Shown here: in pieces, positions 1-16,075 of the stretch
Layout: each line of letters begins with the position of its first letter
Position numbering within the stretch: the first letter of the stretch is position 1
Source of the DNA: Pelomyxa schiedti
Lineage: Eukaryota; Protista; Evosea
Reading direction: 5' to 3'
Length of the DNA: 42,076 nt
Assembly (NCBI GenBank): GCA_020536535.1
Contig: JAHLWZ010000251.1
Location: forward strand, 1 to 42,076
Position numbers and translations under genes: made by a program
Notes under the pieces: model-generated
Told to the model about the DNA's origin: nothing
Databases searched by the model: none
Seen by the model: the letters and a program-made list of their open reading frames with translations, nothing else

Positions 1-888
1 AATCCCACAACACACAAGACAGAAAGGAAATACTGGGACATTGTGCAAGCAACGTGGGCCACACATCACTCCCTCATCACCATCACAACCGTTGCTGTAT
101 GTTCCACCACCGCGCTACCAGAAAGCTAGCGCTACTACTACTTCTACTCCTAATATATCACCAACATATATTACCGCTATTATTATTATTGTACAAATAG
201 TAATTCCGGGATACCGGAAATTTATGACCTCTACCGCACACGCTGCACTTACTTGTACTATACAGGCCGCCTTGCAACTCCCTCCCTTTGGAAGGGTGCG
301 GGATTGCTCTGTGTGGGTATATATGCATTCTGAGGAAGGGTACATATCTCCTGAGGAGGAGAGGAGAGGGGAGGTGGACACCCTTTGGGGAAGAATAAGA
401 ACCAGAAGGCAAAGAATGGGAGCCGGAAGGGGAAAAATAAGAGCCGGAAGGTAAAGAATTGGATCCGCTATGAAGACTTGGCGAATCTTCTTTTCGCTCA
501 TCGCTGTAAAACTAACCAAAAGAAACTTTTTTTCTCTTTTGCTCTTATCAGTTTCGTTGTTGTGGTTGTGAGGGAGCAGGTGAGGAGCCAGTGTTTGCGT
601 TTGTACTGTTGTTGAACTTCTTCTGGACAGAGTGGTAGTACTCGAGTTCTTGCTCTGAAACAGATGGGGTGAGCCTGGACAGCGCCGAGTGGAAGTCCTC
701 CTCTGTCACAACTGCACCCTGGTTTTCAGTACTACTTGTTGCGCTCGAGGGTGCTGCTGATGAACTTGGTGTGCTTGAAGCTGTTGAAGTTGTTGTTGAA
801 GTCATGGGCAGTGCGGTGGCATTAAGAGGTGATGGTGATGGTGGTTTTGCCATGGAGTCGCGGTTGGCAATGATTCGACGTGTTGAGG
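1..888. repeat. Diverged direct duplicate of ~1835-2567, including a copy of the PEX6 last exon (548-888, minus strand)
   Basis: Near-identical to 1835-2567 with SNPs and small indels, plus ~160 bp at ~218-378 that is absent from the second copy. ORFs 548..1315 and 2229..2573 share the same C-terminal peptide (…SALSRLTPSVSEQELEYYHSVQKKF…QRN). Confidence 0.9.
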
Positions 889-1004
889 GAGTGATGTGTG
901 GCCCACGTTGCTTGCACAATGTCCCAGTATTTCCTTTCTGTCTTGTGTGTTGTGGGATTTTTCCTGATTGTTTGGATCCCAAAGACAGGCAAGGGTTGCC
1001 AGAA
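884..1004 (-). repeat. Inverted copy of 1790-1910 joined to the duplicated PEX6 tail
   Basis: 884-1004 is the reverse complement of 1790-1910. The junction shares a 5-bp TGAGG microhomology at 884-888 and abuts the N gap. Confidence 0.85.
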
Positions 1005-1104
1005 NNNNNNNNNNNNNNNNNNNNNNNNNNNNNNNNNNNNNNNNNNNNNNNNNNNNNNNNNNNNNNNNNNNNNNNNNNNNNNNNNNNNNNNNNNNNNNNN
1101 NNNN
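1005..1104. other. Assembly gap (100 N)
   Basis: Run of 100 N. Confidence 1.
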
Positions 1105-1310
1105 TCAAGCTCTTCAAGCTCTTCAAACTCTTCAATCTCCTGAAGCTCTTCAAGTTGTTAAAGCTCTTCAAAATCTTCAAACTCCTGCAGTTCTTCAAGC
1201 TCTTCAATCTGCTCAAGCTCTTCAAGCTCTTCAAGCTCTTCAATCTGCTCAAGTTCTTCAAGTTCTTCAAGTTCTTCAAGCTCTTCAAGCTCTTCAAACT
1301 CCTGATCAAG
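1105..1310 (-). repeat. 9-bp degenerate tandem repeat (TCTTCAAGC)n encoding (Glu-Glu-Leu)n on the minus strand
   Basis: About 20 visible units. The minus frame reads EEFEELEELEELEELEQIEEL… The repeat is cut by the gap. Confidence 0.85.
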
Positions 1311-1629
1311 ATCAAGAGGATAAAGGTCTTTACTCTCCTCCTCCTGATTGGACAGATGAGGAAGACACCTGAGATACAATAAAAATGGTTTTCTCATATC
1401 GATGACCAAACTCAGCACTCCCTTGGTTAACTGTACTAAGTAACCCAGTTAATAGTTGGCTGAATAATATCATTTTCGTTATCGTGGCTCAGGATCAGCG
1501 GTCTGGTGTTTTTTTCTTGTTCCACCAGTTGACTGCAGACCCAACCCATTTAACGAATCAGTCCAATCACTTTCATGCTGAACAGGAGTGTAATGGTGAT
1601 GCATCAAACAAAAACGAAAACAACAACTC

Positions 1630-1945
1630 CAAACACAAATGGACATCTACCAGCAACACCTTTCAATTGAAGACACACAAAGAAAAGCTTTTCAAAAATT
1701 AGAAGCCAATCTCCAAGCCCATGAAATGATTATCACCATGGACTTCAAGGAAAATATGCAGCTGAGAAGAGCTCCAAAGGGATTTCTACTTCTGGCAACC
1801 CTTGCCTGTCTTTGGGATCCAAACAATCAGGAAAAATCCCACAACACACAAGACAGAAAGGAAATACTGGGACATTGTGCAAGCAACGTGGGCCACACAT
1901 CACTCCCTCATCACCATCACAACCGTTGCTGTATGTTCCACCACC
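1630..1945 (+). mobile_element. Degenerate DNA-transposase fragment (possibly Sola-type)
   Basis: QRKAFQKLEANLQAHEMIITMDFKENMQL, then after a frameshift RDFYFWQPLPVFGIQ…RKYWDIV. This resembles the hydrophobic-D-F-x-E-N first catalytic-Asp region of some eukaryotic DDD/E transposases. Family assignment is from memory and uncertain. Confidence 0.45.
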
Positions 1946-2228
1946 GCGCTACCAGCAAGCTAGCGCTACTACTACTTCTACTCCTAATATATCACCAACA
2001 TATATTACGCCGCTATTATTATTATTGTACAAATAGTAATTCCGGGATACCGGAAAACCCTTTGGGGAAGAATAAGAACCAGAAGGCAAAGAATGGGAGC
2101 CGGAAGGGGAAAAATAAGAGCCGGAAGGTAAAGAATCGGATCCGCCATGAAGACTTGGCGAATCTTCTTTTCGCTCTTCGCTGTAAAACTAACCAAAAGA
2201 AACTTTTTTTCCAAAAGTTTTGCTCTTA

Positions 2229-6864
<4,636 letters not shown>

Positions 6865-7130
6865 CAAATGCCCTTTTCTTCGAGATAAACGAAATTCTAC
6901 GTGATCAAAGTTGCGAACTGATGGTGGCCGTTCAGCAACGTACCTTTCTGTTGGATTCCGAAGTCCTTTAGCTGGAAACCATACGCAATGTTGAGACAAC
7001 AACCCCAGCGGCAAACTGAGGAACACCCTTCTTTTCGAGGTGCACTCTTTTAATTGACATCAGTTCCCTGCCTGTCACTTGCAAAAATTGTGGCACCCTG
7101 CCTTTTCATTTGCAACAAAGTACAGTCTGA

Positions 7131-8087
7131 ATGGAACCACTGTCAAAGCGATCTAGGGTCGAACAAGCTGTCGTCGAGTCGCAACAACAAGTACTTCCTG
7201 CGTACCCCCCCGAAAACCAGCCAAGATCTGAGCCTGTCCCACTCCATTCCGCGCTAGTGGCATCCACTACTACATCGGCGTCCAGGCACTTGTCAAAGCT
7301 GGCGATGAGGGCTGAGAAGGTTAGTTTTTTTGTCCTCTACTTTTGACAGTATAGTTCACATCGCGCAATAGAGAGCAAAGGCTACAGAAAATGACGTGGT
7401 TGAGATCTTCGGGAAACTTAGAGCTAATATAAACGAAATGCTGGATGAAAGGATTTCCTGTTTAAAAAGGGAGATTCACTCCAACTTAGAGGTAATTTAA
7501 CTGGAAGTGTTGGTCAAATTAAAAAAGGTCTAATCTACTCACAGACTTCATTGAATGGGTTGGTGGCATTCAATCCAAACCAGTACGAGGAAGATCAAAA
7601 AGTATGTTGCCGTTTGATCATTTTCTGCTATTGACACCAACTTACAGTTCACTTGCCCAAGAGATCGTACTCTGAGCGTGATACGCCGCGAACTAAGTTC
7701 TATTGTTGTGACACGAGGCAAACACATCCTGGATTTGCCAATTGCCGTTTTGTGTCGGATCGTTTGGTACTTACCACACAAAACAGTTCTTTCTAGTCGA
7801 CTCGTATGCTTTCAGCTCTGGGATGCAGTTCGCACAGGTGATTTTGATATCTTTAACAATAGAATAGCTAACCTTTTTTATCAGTTTATGGATGTGAAAA
7901 CATCACCTTTTCGGCAACGGCGTCAAATACGGGGTCCTTGGATTGGCCAGTGGCACAATGCGATACCATTGTTACACCACGCATGAATTTAAAGCTTATG
8001 GTGCAGGTCAATACGCACTCCCACTTGGATCCAAGCATCTCCTCTGATGGGAACGGAGACCGTCCAAGCACAAGCAGAGAGCTCTGA
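7131..8087 (+). CDS. F-box domain protein (multi-exon; 3' end uncertain)
   Basis: Exons join through GT-AG introns: MEPLSKRSR…, a coiled-coil-like EIFGKLRANINEMLDERISCLKRE, then ILDLPIAVLCRIVWYLPHKTVLSSRLVCFQLWDAV, which fits the F-box consensus. Divergent from PEX6 across ~270 bp. Confidence 0.6.
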
Positions 8088-8899
8088 GGAAGTGGTGGAT
8101 TTCATCATGGCACAACAACCACCAACCTCACAACAGAAGCAACAACCATCCAACACTCTCCCCAACATCTCTGCACCTCCGCTGGAGCCACTGTAACAGC
8201 CTCACAGGTCCCTAGTTCCCCCCCTTCCAACAACAACTACGTCTCCACGTGCTGCTGTTTCGGAGTTGACCTCGGGCCTGAGACCACACATCCTCTGCTG
8301 AACACTCTCTTGGACTTTCTCAACAGCAAGAATCAGGCACCACCATAATGTGGAATTGAATGGGCCACTTGCCCTGCAGATACTTTATGGTTCGCCCACC
8401 TCCTGCTCCACAGACCCCCACTCTCGTGGAAAGCAACAGGCCACATCCAACACCACCCACAACACATGCTTCTTCTTCTTATGCCACTGAGTCTTCTGGT
8501 GCCAATACAACAGAGAGGTTTGACAGTTGAAGCTGTACTCGGACTGGTTGTGAATCCACTTTGAAATGAGGTACCCAAATGAAATTTCGCTGAAACTGTG
8601 TTGTTGCTGTGGAAATAGGGGAATGGAAAAAACGGGCTCCCTCATACACTTTAACTCATTTTTTCACCCTTAGGTGTTCCTCCATTGCAATGTGCACAAA
8701 ATTGGCAGAAACAACAAAAGAAAAATTCTTCACAAGACTTCTTTTCATTTAATTTAGTGTTTTCGTTCCATACAGCTCATTCTGGGCAGAAGTGCTAGTC
8801 TCTTTCTGGCTGTTAGCTGTACACTTTGTTGTTGCTCCATGTAGTCAAGTGCTTTCAACCCAAAGGAAGTTCCAAACATAAATGCAAAGAGGCTTCCAG

Positions 8900-10800
8900 A
8901 AGTGGTTCTCAGCCCAAGTGGCCACTATTTATTGCAATGATAATTATTCCTTGGGTCGGGTCTGTGTGTGGCTTTGTTAACAGTAACCTAACAAAGGAGC
9001 GGACCTGGACCTTGCGTAGGAGTTTGTCCTTTTCTACCGGTGGTGTAATACACATCAATATGCTCCCAGAGAGCCGTTTTGCCCACGGATTTTGAGGGAG
9101 TAAGATGTCCTTAAGCCGGCAATAAAACACATAGTCTTAGGGGCCACGAATAAATTCAAATTCGAGAATATGGTGGCAGAAACATATAAAAAATAAGGAA
9201 AGATGGAAGCAAACCAATTCAACACGAATGCCTTCCACTGGTAGCACATATCGTATGCCATGTACCAGGTTCCCGTCAATATCGATTATGGACTTGATTG
9301 CCATAGTACCATAATCCTTGAATCGCCGTTAGGGGCAGGATTTTTTTAGAAAAATATCACCTGTGCAGTGTACCAACACAAGTGAGTATCGAAAAGAACC
9401 CAGGCCACGATGCACAATTGGGCGAACTGTCCGAAATCGAAATCCATCTCTTTCTTCCATAGGGGGTGGTTAGTCAAAACAGAAAAGCATAAAATAACAA
9501 ACTACCTTTGCATCCAGTAAATCAATTATTTTGTCTTGCAGGTTTGGAGGGCACATTGTCCCTGTGTATAACGTCCAGCTCGTTGTGCATGTAGCCTACT
9601 CCATGTGGCACCTCTACTGCCATGTCACGCTCCATCAACGGCATTACAAACTGAACCTCCTCCCTATCTTCCCTCACACCTGTGGGGAAAAGTAGAAGAA
9701 AGAAAATGAGAGGAATAGAAATAACAGTTACCAATAAGAGGTATTACGTTCTGGTGGCATATTGCCCTGGAGTGATGTAAATATTGATTGATTTGAGGTT
9801 AAAAGATTTGGTACGTCATGAGTCGAGCCTCATAAAGCAGCTGCTTTGTTGTGTACTTGGTCTTGCTTATGCGTTTTATAACAACGGGTTCACTGTTTAG
9901 GGTAGCTGGAAAGAAGAGATGAGTGTAAAGCGTAGGTAGCTTATGATGGGGGAACCGGCGGGCAAATATCCTCCTGGTTTTGGGTTTGGTAGTAGTTAGT
10001 TTAGTTTCATCGGCGAGAGCGCCGTGCAACAGGAACTACTATGATAACTACTGTGATAAAAGTAAAGAAGGCTTACTTTTCTGACTTGAATTTTCCATCA
10101 TTTTTCCACAAAGTATATAACCTGAGAGCAACCCTGGGGCCTGCAGCCTCGCCGCTCAGCATCACTAAAAATGAACCCTTCTTCTCCCGGAAAAGTGCCT
10201 TGCTGCATTGTTCCTTGGTGAAACCAGTGACGAACCAACGCTGCGTGCATAATTCATTGAACTTTTCTTTGGTAGATATGTGAGTGAGAGTGCAATAAAT
10301 TGACTTGATGAACTACCCTCCTCAATTTATCTGCATCAGAATGGACCTCTCCAAATGTGTTAACAATTTGCTGTAAGCGTTCTGCGGTGATCCCACCCTT
10401 CGAATTCTCTGTTTATTCTTATGTATTACGGAGTGGGTTTACATAGTATTCTTTTTTAAGGCATTATGTCCTCCTGAAGCTGGACCCTTGTTCAAGATGC
10501 ACCTCTCGAAAACACTCCAGGGGACTTCTGGAATCGAATCGCGAAGTTCCCAGTCCAGAAGCCCTCCCTGGCCATTTCTGCCATGATTGTATTAAGGGTA
10601 CTCGACACTTGTAGTATTGAAGGCAAAGGAGTGATTCAGCTAAAATGATGTTGTGCTTTTATCCCCTTAATGGCGGACTCTGAACGGAAGGGATTAAGTA
10701 CTACCACACAGTCAGGGAGGGGCCATGGTGGACAGTCAATCACTTGCAGCCTTCCTTCCACCTTTCAGGGGACCATCAGGGGCTCCAACACGGGATTTCT
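8900..10800 (-). pseudogene. Degenerate protein kinase (TK/TKL-like) with N-terminal SH2-like segments
   Basis: SH2-like pieces: GFWTGNFAIRF (~10520-10580) and RWFVTGFTKEQCSKALFREKKGSFLVMLS (~10150-10240). Kinase pieces follow in order: VVIKRISK, QLLYEARLM, ICHQNVIPLIG, GVGYMHNELDVIHRD, a frameshifted ISDFG (atttcgatttcgga) and TCVGT. No intact Gly-loop. Boundaries approximate. Confidence 0.65.
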
Positions 10801-10947
10801 ATTTTTAGCCGAGTCATGTCAAAAAGAAGTACTTTTAAAAGCCGCACAGGATAAACAAAAAAGTAAAAAAAAACAAGAAACTACACCCGCAAACAAACCG
10901 TAAGTAACGTAAGAGAGAGAGTTTGGGTTTTCTTTACATTGGATCCA

Positions 10948-11649
10948 ATGTCTACAAGCTCCAACGTAAGTGCTTGGGATATAAAAGGGGGATTGTTTTT
11001 TTTTGTTTTCTTTTCTACATCTACAACAACACACTACCACATTTTTACTTCTTCCTCCCTTCTTCCACTTTGTTTCGTTTTAGCTTGTGATGCTTTCCTT
11101 TTTTTTCCCTCTCAATCACGGACAGGACATTCCTCCAAAGCGTAATACAGGCAATGCAAACGCTCCTCAGGTGAATGAGGTGACTGCCCTTTTTTTTTCT
11201 TCTTCTTATGAAATTTGCAGCAAATAACGCAGCAGAGGACAACAACATCCACTGCAGGCTCTAGTACTGGTACGAGTAGTAGCGAGATTAATGCACTCGA
11301 GGTCTGTTTTCTCCTCGTTTTTCTGAGTTGATTGATAATATTTGTTTACGTTAATGTATTTCTTCCTCCTCTCACGCAGGCAGCGAGTAATACAACGAGT
11401 ACCACTTCCTCCAGAAAGGAACCAGACCCTAGTTCATCACCCTCTGTTGCACAACACACTGATGATGATGAAAAACATGAGGACCCACAAGCAGACAATG
11501 AACCTGAAAGAGGTAGGACAAGGCGTGGGGGAGAAAGGCCAACGCAATTATCATCCCAACAGCAACAAGGCAAGGCGCCACCAGTCACCAGGAGGGACAC
11601 AGCACGCCCCACTACGAACAGCCGCAGATCCCAAGGCAGAAGCGCTGAT
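10948..11649 (+). pseudogene. 5' four exons of a Ser/Thr/Gln-rich disordered-protein gene, truncated at an inversion junction
   Basis: Exons 10948-10965, 11126-11179, 11221-11301 and 11380-11649 join in frame through GT-AG introns (MSTSSN/DIPPKRNTG…/QITQQR…/AASNTTSTTSS…). No continuation found. Confidence 0.55.
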
Positions 11650-11806
11650 GTATCTTTGATCATCTCCTTTTTGCTGCTGCTGAGTCATCGGTTGCTGTTG
11701 TTGTGGGTGCGCTGTGTCCCTCCTGGTGACTGGTGGCGCCTTGCCTTGTTGCTGTTGGGATGATAATTGCGTCGGCCTTTCTCCCCCACACCTTGTCCTA
11801 CCTCTT
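11508..11806. repeat. ~100-bp inverted repeat (11508-11609 / 11705-11806) with ~95-bp spacer
   Basis: Reverse-complement match with only a few mismatches, ending ~30 bp before the transposon left end. Confidence 0.9.
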
Positions 11807-11835
11807 GATGAGCAAAGAGTACTTTGAGGTGTGTA

Positions 11836-14717
11836 CCGTATGTTGAGAAACCTTCGTTCTGAAAAACTTTCGTCGCCGAAAACTTTCGTTGCTGAAATCT
11901 TTGGCGTCTCAGCACCAGGGACGAAAGTTTTGGCACAGGCATTTTCGCGGCGGATAGATCTGTGGATAGATCGAGACGGATAGAAAATCAAAATATGAGC
12001 ACCTCCTTGGTTGTCCGTCGGCAACAGCGCACGTTGTTGGATATGTGGTCCGGTCCGGTGCAGTCGGAAAGCTTTGCCGAAGTGTCTCTCGACACTCTTA
12101 AGAAATCGGCGGAGGTGTTTGGAATGGACCAAAAAAAAGCGGCAATAATAATCTCCACAGCACAAGTTTGGGACCAGGCAAGGCCTTCTAAATACCGAAA
12201 GGTATCACATTACAGGCACTATGGTCCTGTTCACTAACTTATGGAGGTTCCTAAGGACACACAACTCGAAATTGTGAAAACAATTGTGAGCTCTCATTGC
12301 CTTACAATTCCAGAGGTTTAGAGTTGTTTTTCTTTTTTTTTTTTTTGAGTTGATACAATTGTAGTTTCTGCACTCTTCTCCTCTTGTTAGGCAATTTATT
12401 TTACCTGCAACAACAATTCGAACTTGGGTGACTAAGTACAAGAAACTGCTGCTCAAGTACAGGGGGAATCTTATGCTCTCCGATGAGGATGTTGTGAGCC
12501 ATGCAGACAAGGACTTCTTACTTATTAGAAAGACAGGGCGCCCTACTCTTCTTTCAGAGCGCTCTCATTCTGATGTGTCTTTCTACCATAATTTTTGTTT
12601 TCTTTTTAAAACCACCTTCAGACAATTATTTTACTCAAAGCAATTCGTGCATCTGGAGGGCACATTTTACCATCAGTTGTCATTTCCATTGCTGAAGCTG
12701 TAATGAAAGTTCATGGAGAGGCACCTGGGCTCTGGGCTAATGAAGGTTCCATACAACTCACAACTGATTGGGCTCGTCATTTTCTATCATATTGGATGAA
12801 CTACAGCTACAGAAAGGAAACAACAGATCGCAAGTTGTCTCTGGAAGAACTTCTTGCTGGAGGCACTGAGATGAAGTTATAACCCAGCCCTCATATTGGA
12901 GATGGATGAGACCATGCTGCCCTACCGAATCACTCAACATGGTACTTATGCTGAGGTTGGCTCTACAAGAGTGGAAGTGCCAGCTAGTACTGAAAAACGA
13001 GGGGTAACTGCTACATTTACTATTACTAAAAGTGGCACTCTCCTTCCTATGCAAGTTATCTACTCTGGTTTGACAAACTCCAGCATTCCAACAATCCACT
13101 GGCCACATGATGTTCTTACTTGCTATGGTGGAGCCAGTGGCAAGCATACAACTGTGCATGGGCAACAGCGTCCAAAACCCACCAAGTGGCAGAACCGTCG
13201 CACACTTTTGTTATATCTGGATTCTATTGTAGCTCCATACTTGGCTGCTGAGCGTGCCAAGAGTCTGCTTCAAGGTAACCCTTATCCACAAGGAAACCGG
13301 GCAGTCATGAAGTGGGATCACCACTGGTCTCACATTGACAAACATGTCCAAGCCAGGCTGGCTGAGTTGGACATAGATATGCACATGATCACAAAAAAAG
13401 CTACGGACCTATTTAGTGTATTGGACATCTCCATCAATAAGGTTAGTGAGTTATTCTTTTGGTTTGACTGACTACACCCAGGCTGCTAAGAGTGAGATGC
13501 GGAAATTGTTTTCTGCCTGGTGTACTGAAGAGATCACAATGCAGCTGGGTTTTGATGTTCATCCCAGCGATGTTCAGCTATCAGCTGCCCTCAAGCTTCT
13601 GAAACCCCTTCATGCCAACTGGATGGTTTCTGTTTTTCAAGTTTTGAAGCGAAGAGAGAAGGAGCTGATATCAACTGGTTTTCAGAGAGCCCATGACAAT
13701 ATTGAACTTTGTGCAGCCGGCAAAGGAGACCAGTTGCAGGTTTTAATCCATTGCCACAAACCTGACTTACCTAATGTAGATGGGCCGGCATACAACTGAT
13801 GAACCTAGGGAACCACTCCTTACTCAACCACATATTCCCTCATCATCTCCCCCTGCCTCCTCCCAAGATGAGACACAATATCAGACTAATTCCCCAACCT
13901 CCGCTCCTACCAGTGAAGAACCCACGTCAAGCATCTCAGTTGGTGGGGGCCTTGTGCTATTTGGAAAGCGTGCTCATACTGGCCTATTGCAGGTAAATGA
14001 CAAGCGGACACAAAAAACACCAAACAAAAGAGCCCGGGTCTCAACAACCTCTTCTCCACTCCCCATATCTCTGTGTTATGAGGTAAGTAAAGTTGTCAGA
14101 AAAGCTAACCGTACAACCTCCACACCTCCCTCAACCATTTCCACAACTTCCGCACCTCCTTTACTGACTCCAATAACCATTTCCGCAACTTTCGCACCTC
14201 CTTCACAGACTCCAATAACCATTTCCATGACTTCCGCTTCTCAGTTGATGGACTCGGCCCTAACACAACAGCTGTCTCCCATAGTGTGTTATTATCTCCA
14301 CTTTTGTAATCACAATTAACACAAATCTCCACAGCCTGTTGTTGCTTGCCCAGCACCTGTAGTTTCCATACTGACTGATCCTGTGTGTATACTAGTGTTT
14401 GGATTACCTTCTTACATCTAACAGGGAAGAATTCTACCCCACACTGATACCGATGGGTACTTCTCTCATGGCAGCGATGACGATGGATACTCTTCCCATG
14501 GAAGTGGAATGGACAATCCCAGCCCCATGCTTCCTCCGCTTTCTGCCACCGATACCTAACCATAGAAAAAGAAATTTTATTTCTATTACTAATTTCTAAT
14601 CGGCCTTCGAAGGGTACGATCATTTTGGCCACGAATCATTTTCGGCAACAAAAGTTTTTGACAACGAAAGTTTTGGGCAACGAAAGTTTTCTGGAACGAA
14701 GGTTTCCCAACATACGG
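11836..14717 (+). mobile_element. pogo-like (Tc1/mariner superfamily) DNA transposon with TIRs and TA target-site duplication
   Basis: Ends read TA|CCGTATGTTGAGAAACCTTCGTTC… and …GAACGAAGGTTTCCCAACATACGG|TA (TA at 11834-35 and 14718-19). The ~90-bp TIRs contain repeated CAACGAAAGTTTT-like motifs, and a transposase lies inside. Confidence 0.92.
11995..13797 (+). pseudogene. Intron-containing pogo-type transposase (CENP-B/Tc5-like HTH + DDE_1-like core), frameshifted
   Basis: HTH-like IRASGGHILPSVVISIAEAVMKVHG…QLTTDWARHF. Catalytic residues in EMDET, KWDHHWSH and TDLFSVLDISINK, with 35 residues between the 2nd and 3rd Asp. A stop/frameshift lies at ~12878-12895. Confidence 0.85.
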
Positions 14718-14719
14718 TA

Positions 14720-16075
14720 ACATGAAATGGTTCTCTGTTGGTTGGACAGACTTCTCCTCAATGAACCACTTTACCAAGTCAATTCCCCAGTTGTAGCAGT
14801 ACGTCCATGCTGCCCAAATCACATCTTCGTTGCCATCTGACGCAATCCACTTAATAATCTCTGGGTCTATTGTGGATCTTCCAGGGGGAGGTAAGAATGC
14901 ATCATCTTGCGGGGAGAAGGTATCCTTGAACCAGTTGCACACTGACAGAACCTCGTCAGTTGGTGACCCCTTGCAGCCCGCTGCTGCTGAGCAGAATGAC
15001 GTGGAAGAAAGCACCCACAGTGGGAACTCCTCAGCAAGCTTCTTGATTGCCTGAACCCCAACGTGCTTGGTTTTCATCACAGGCAATGATTGCCAGTCCC
15101 TCTCGTAAACAGGGAAATTGTGAGTGAGCCACCTGATGATGTCAATGTGGCAGCCGTAAATGGCACTGTGAAGTGCACCCCTGCACCACAAGTCACTCCC
15201 TATGGGGAATGATGAAACGACCCACTTGAGCACCTCCAAGTGGCCTCCTTTACACACGCCTTCAATCAGCCGAATAATTCCACTCTCACTCCAGAACTCC
15301 TCAATGACAAGTCTCACCTCCTCACTGGACGATGCCAGTTCCTGGGAGTCAAAAAGAAATTTTCAGTAAGGGGTTAATTTACACAAATAAATGAGTACCA
15401 AACCTTTGGGTATCCAACAAGTGTGCTAATTTTGGAAGCACCAGTACAAGCGTCAACAGAACTTCCAGAAGAAGAAGAAGAACAATAATCTTGCACCGCC
15501 GGTAGTTGTGGCATCCCACTATTCGTTGACGGTGCTGCGTTTGTTGTTGTTGCCGACGGAACAGGCCAACGGACAGAGCCCCAGGCGCGACCCTTTTCCA
15601 CGAACGACCGGGCGTCGTCGATGTGGCCACCCCAGCACAGCCCAGTCAACACGTCGATGCTCATCCTCATCCTGTTCCTCGTTGCCGCATCCCCACCATC
15701 ACCGCCGCGATTGTGGGACAAGATCCACTCCGCGCTCCGCGGGCACCGCGAGACCGCGCACCACCGAATCACGTCGTGGTGCGACGGGAGAAGAGGCGGC
15801 GACGGCGACGAGGCGCAGGAGCGCGCCACGGCGGATGTGACGGCGGAGCAGCACAGGGCGAGGAGGGGGAACAACGCCTCGCCGGCGCGCAGGACCGCCA
15901 TTATGGGTTTGGGCGCGGCCGGTGTGTCGGTGGAAACGAGGACGATCGGGGCGACGTCTCCGTAGTCGGGCGGGGGGCACAGCCACGGTAGAACCACGTT
16001 GTCCCATAATACGTGTGACAGGTGAACAACTCGCGCCCTCTCTGTCTCCTTGTTGTTGCCGCCTTGGCTGGTCAT
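14720..16075 (-). pseudogene. Lineage-specific ankyrin-like repeat protein gene, 3' end cut by the transposon
   Basis: Two exons (intron 15403-15342) with motifs VLTGLCWGGHIDDA, GVCKGGHLEVLKWVV, ALHSAIYGCHIDIIRWL and WGIDLVKWFIEE. The frame runs straight into the TA/TIR at 14719. Confidence 0.7.

Noticed and set aside
8385-8645. Minus-strand 86-aa ORF as an independent gene
   Set aside because: No recognisable motif, and it overlaps the decayed + strand tail of the F-box locus.
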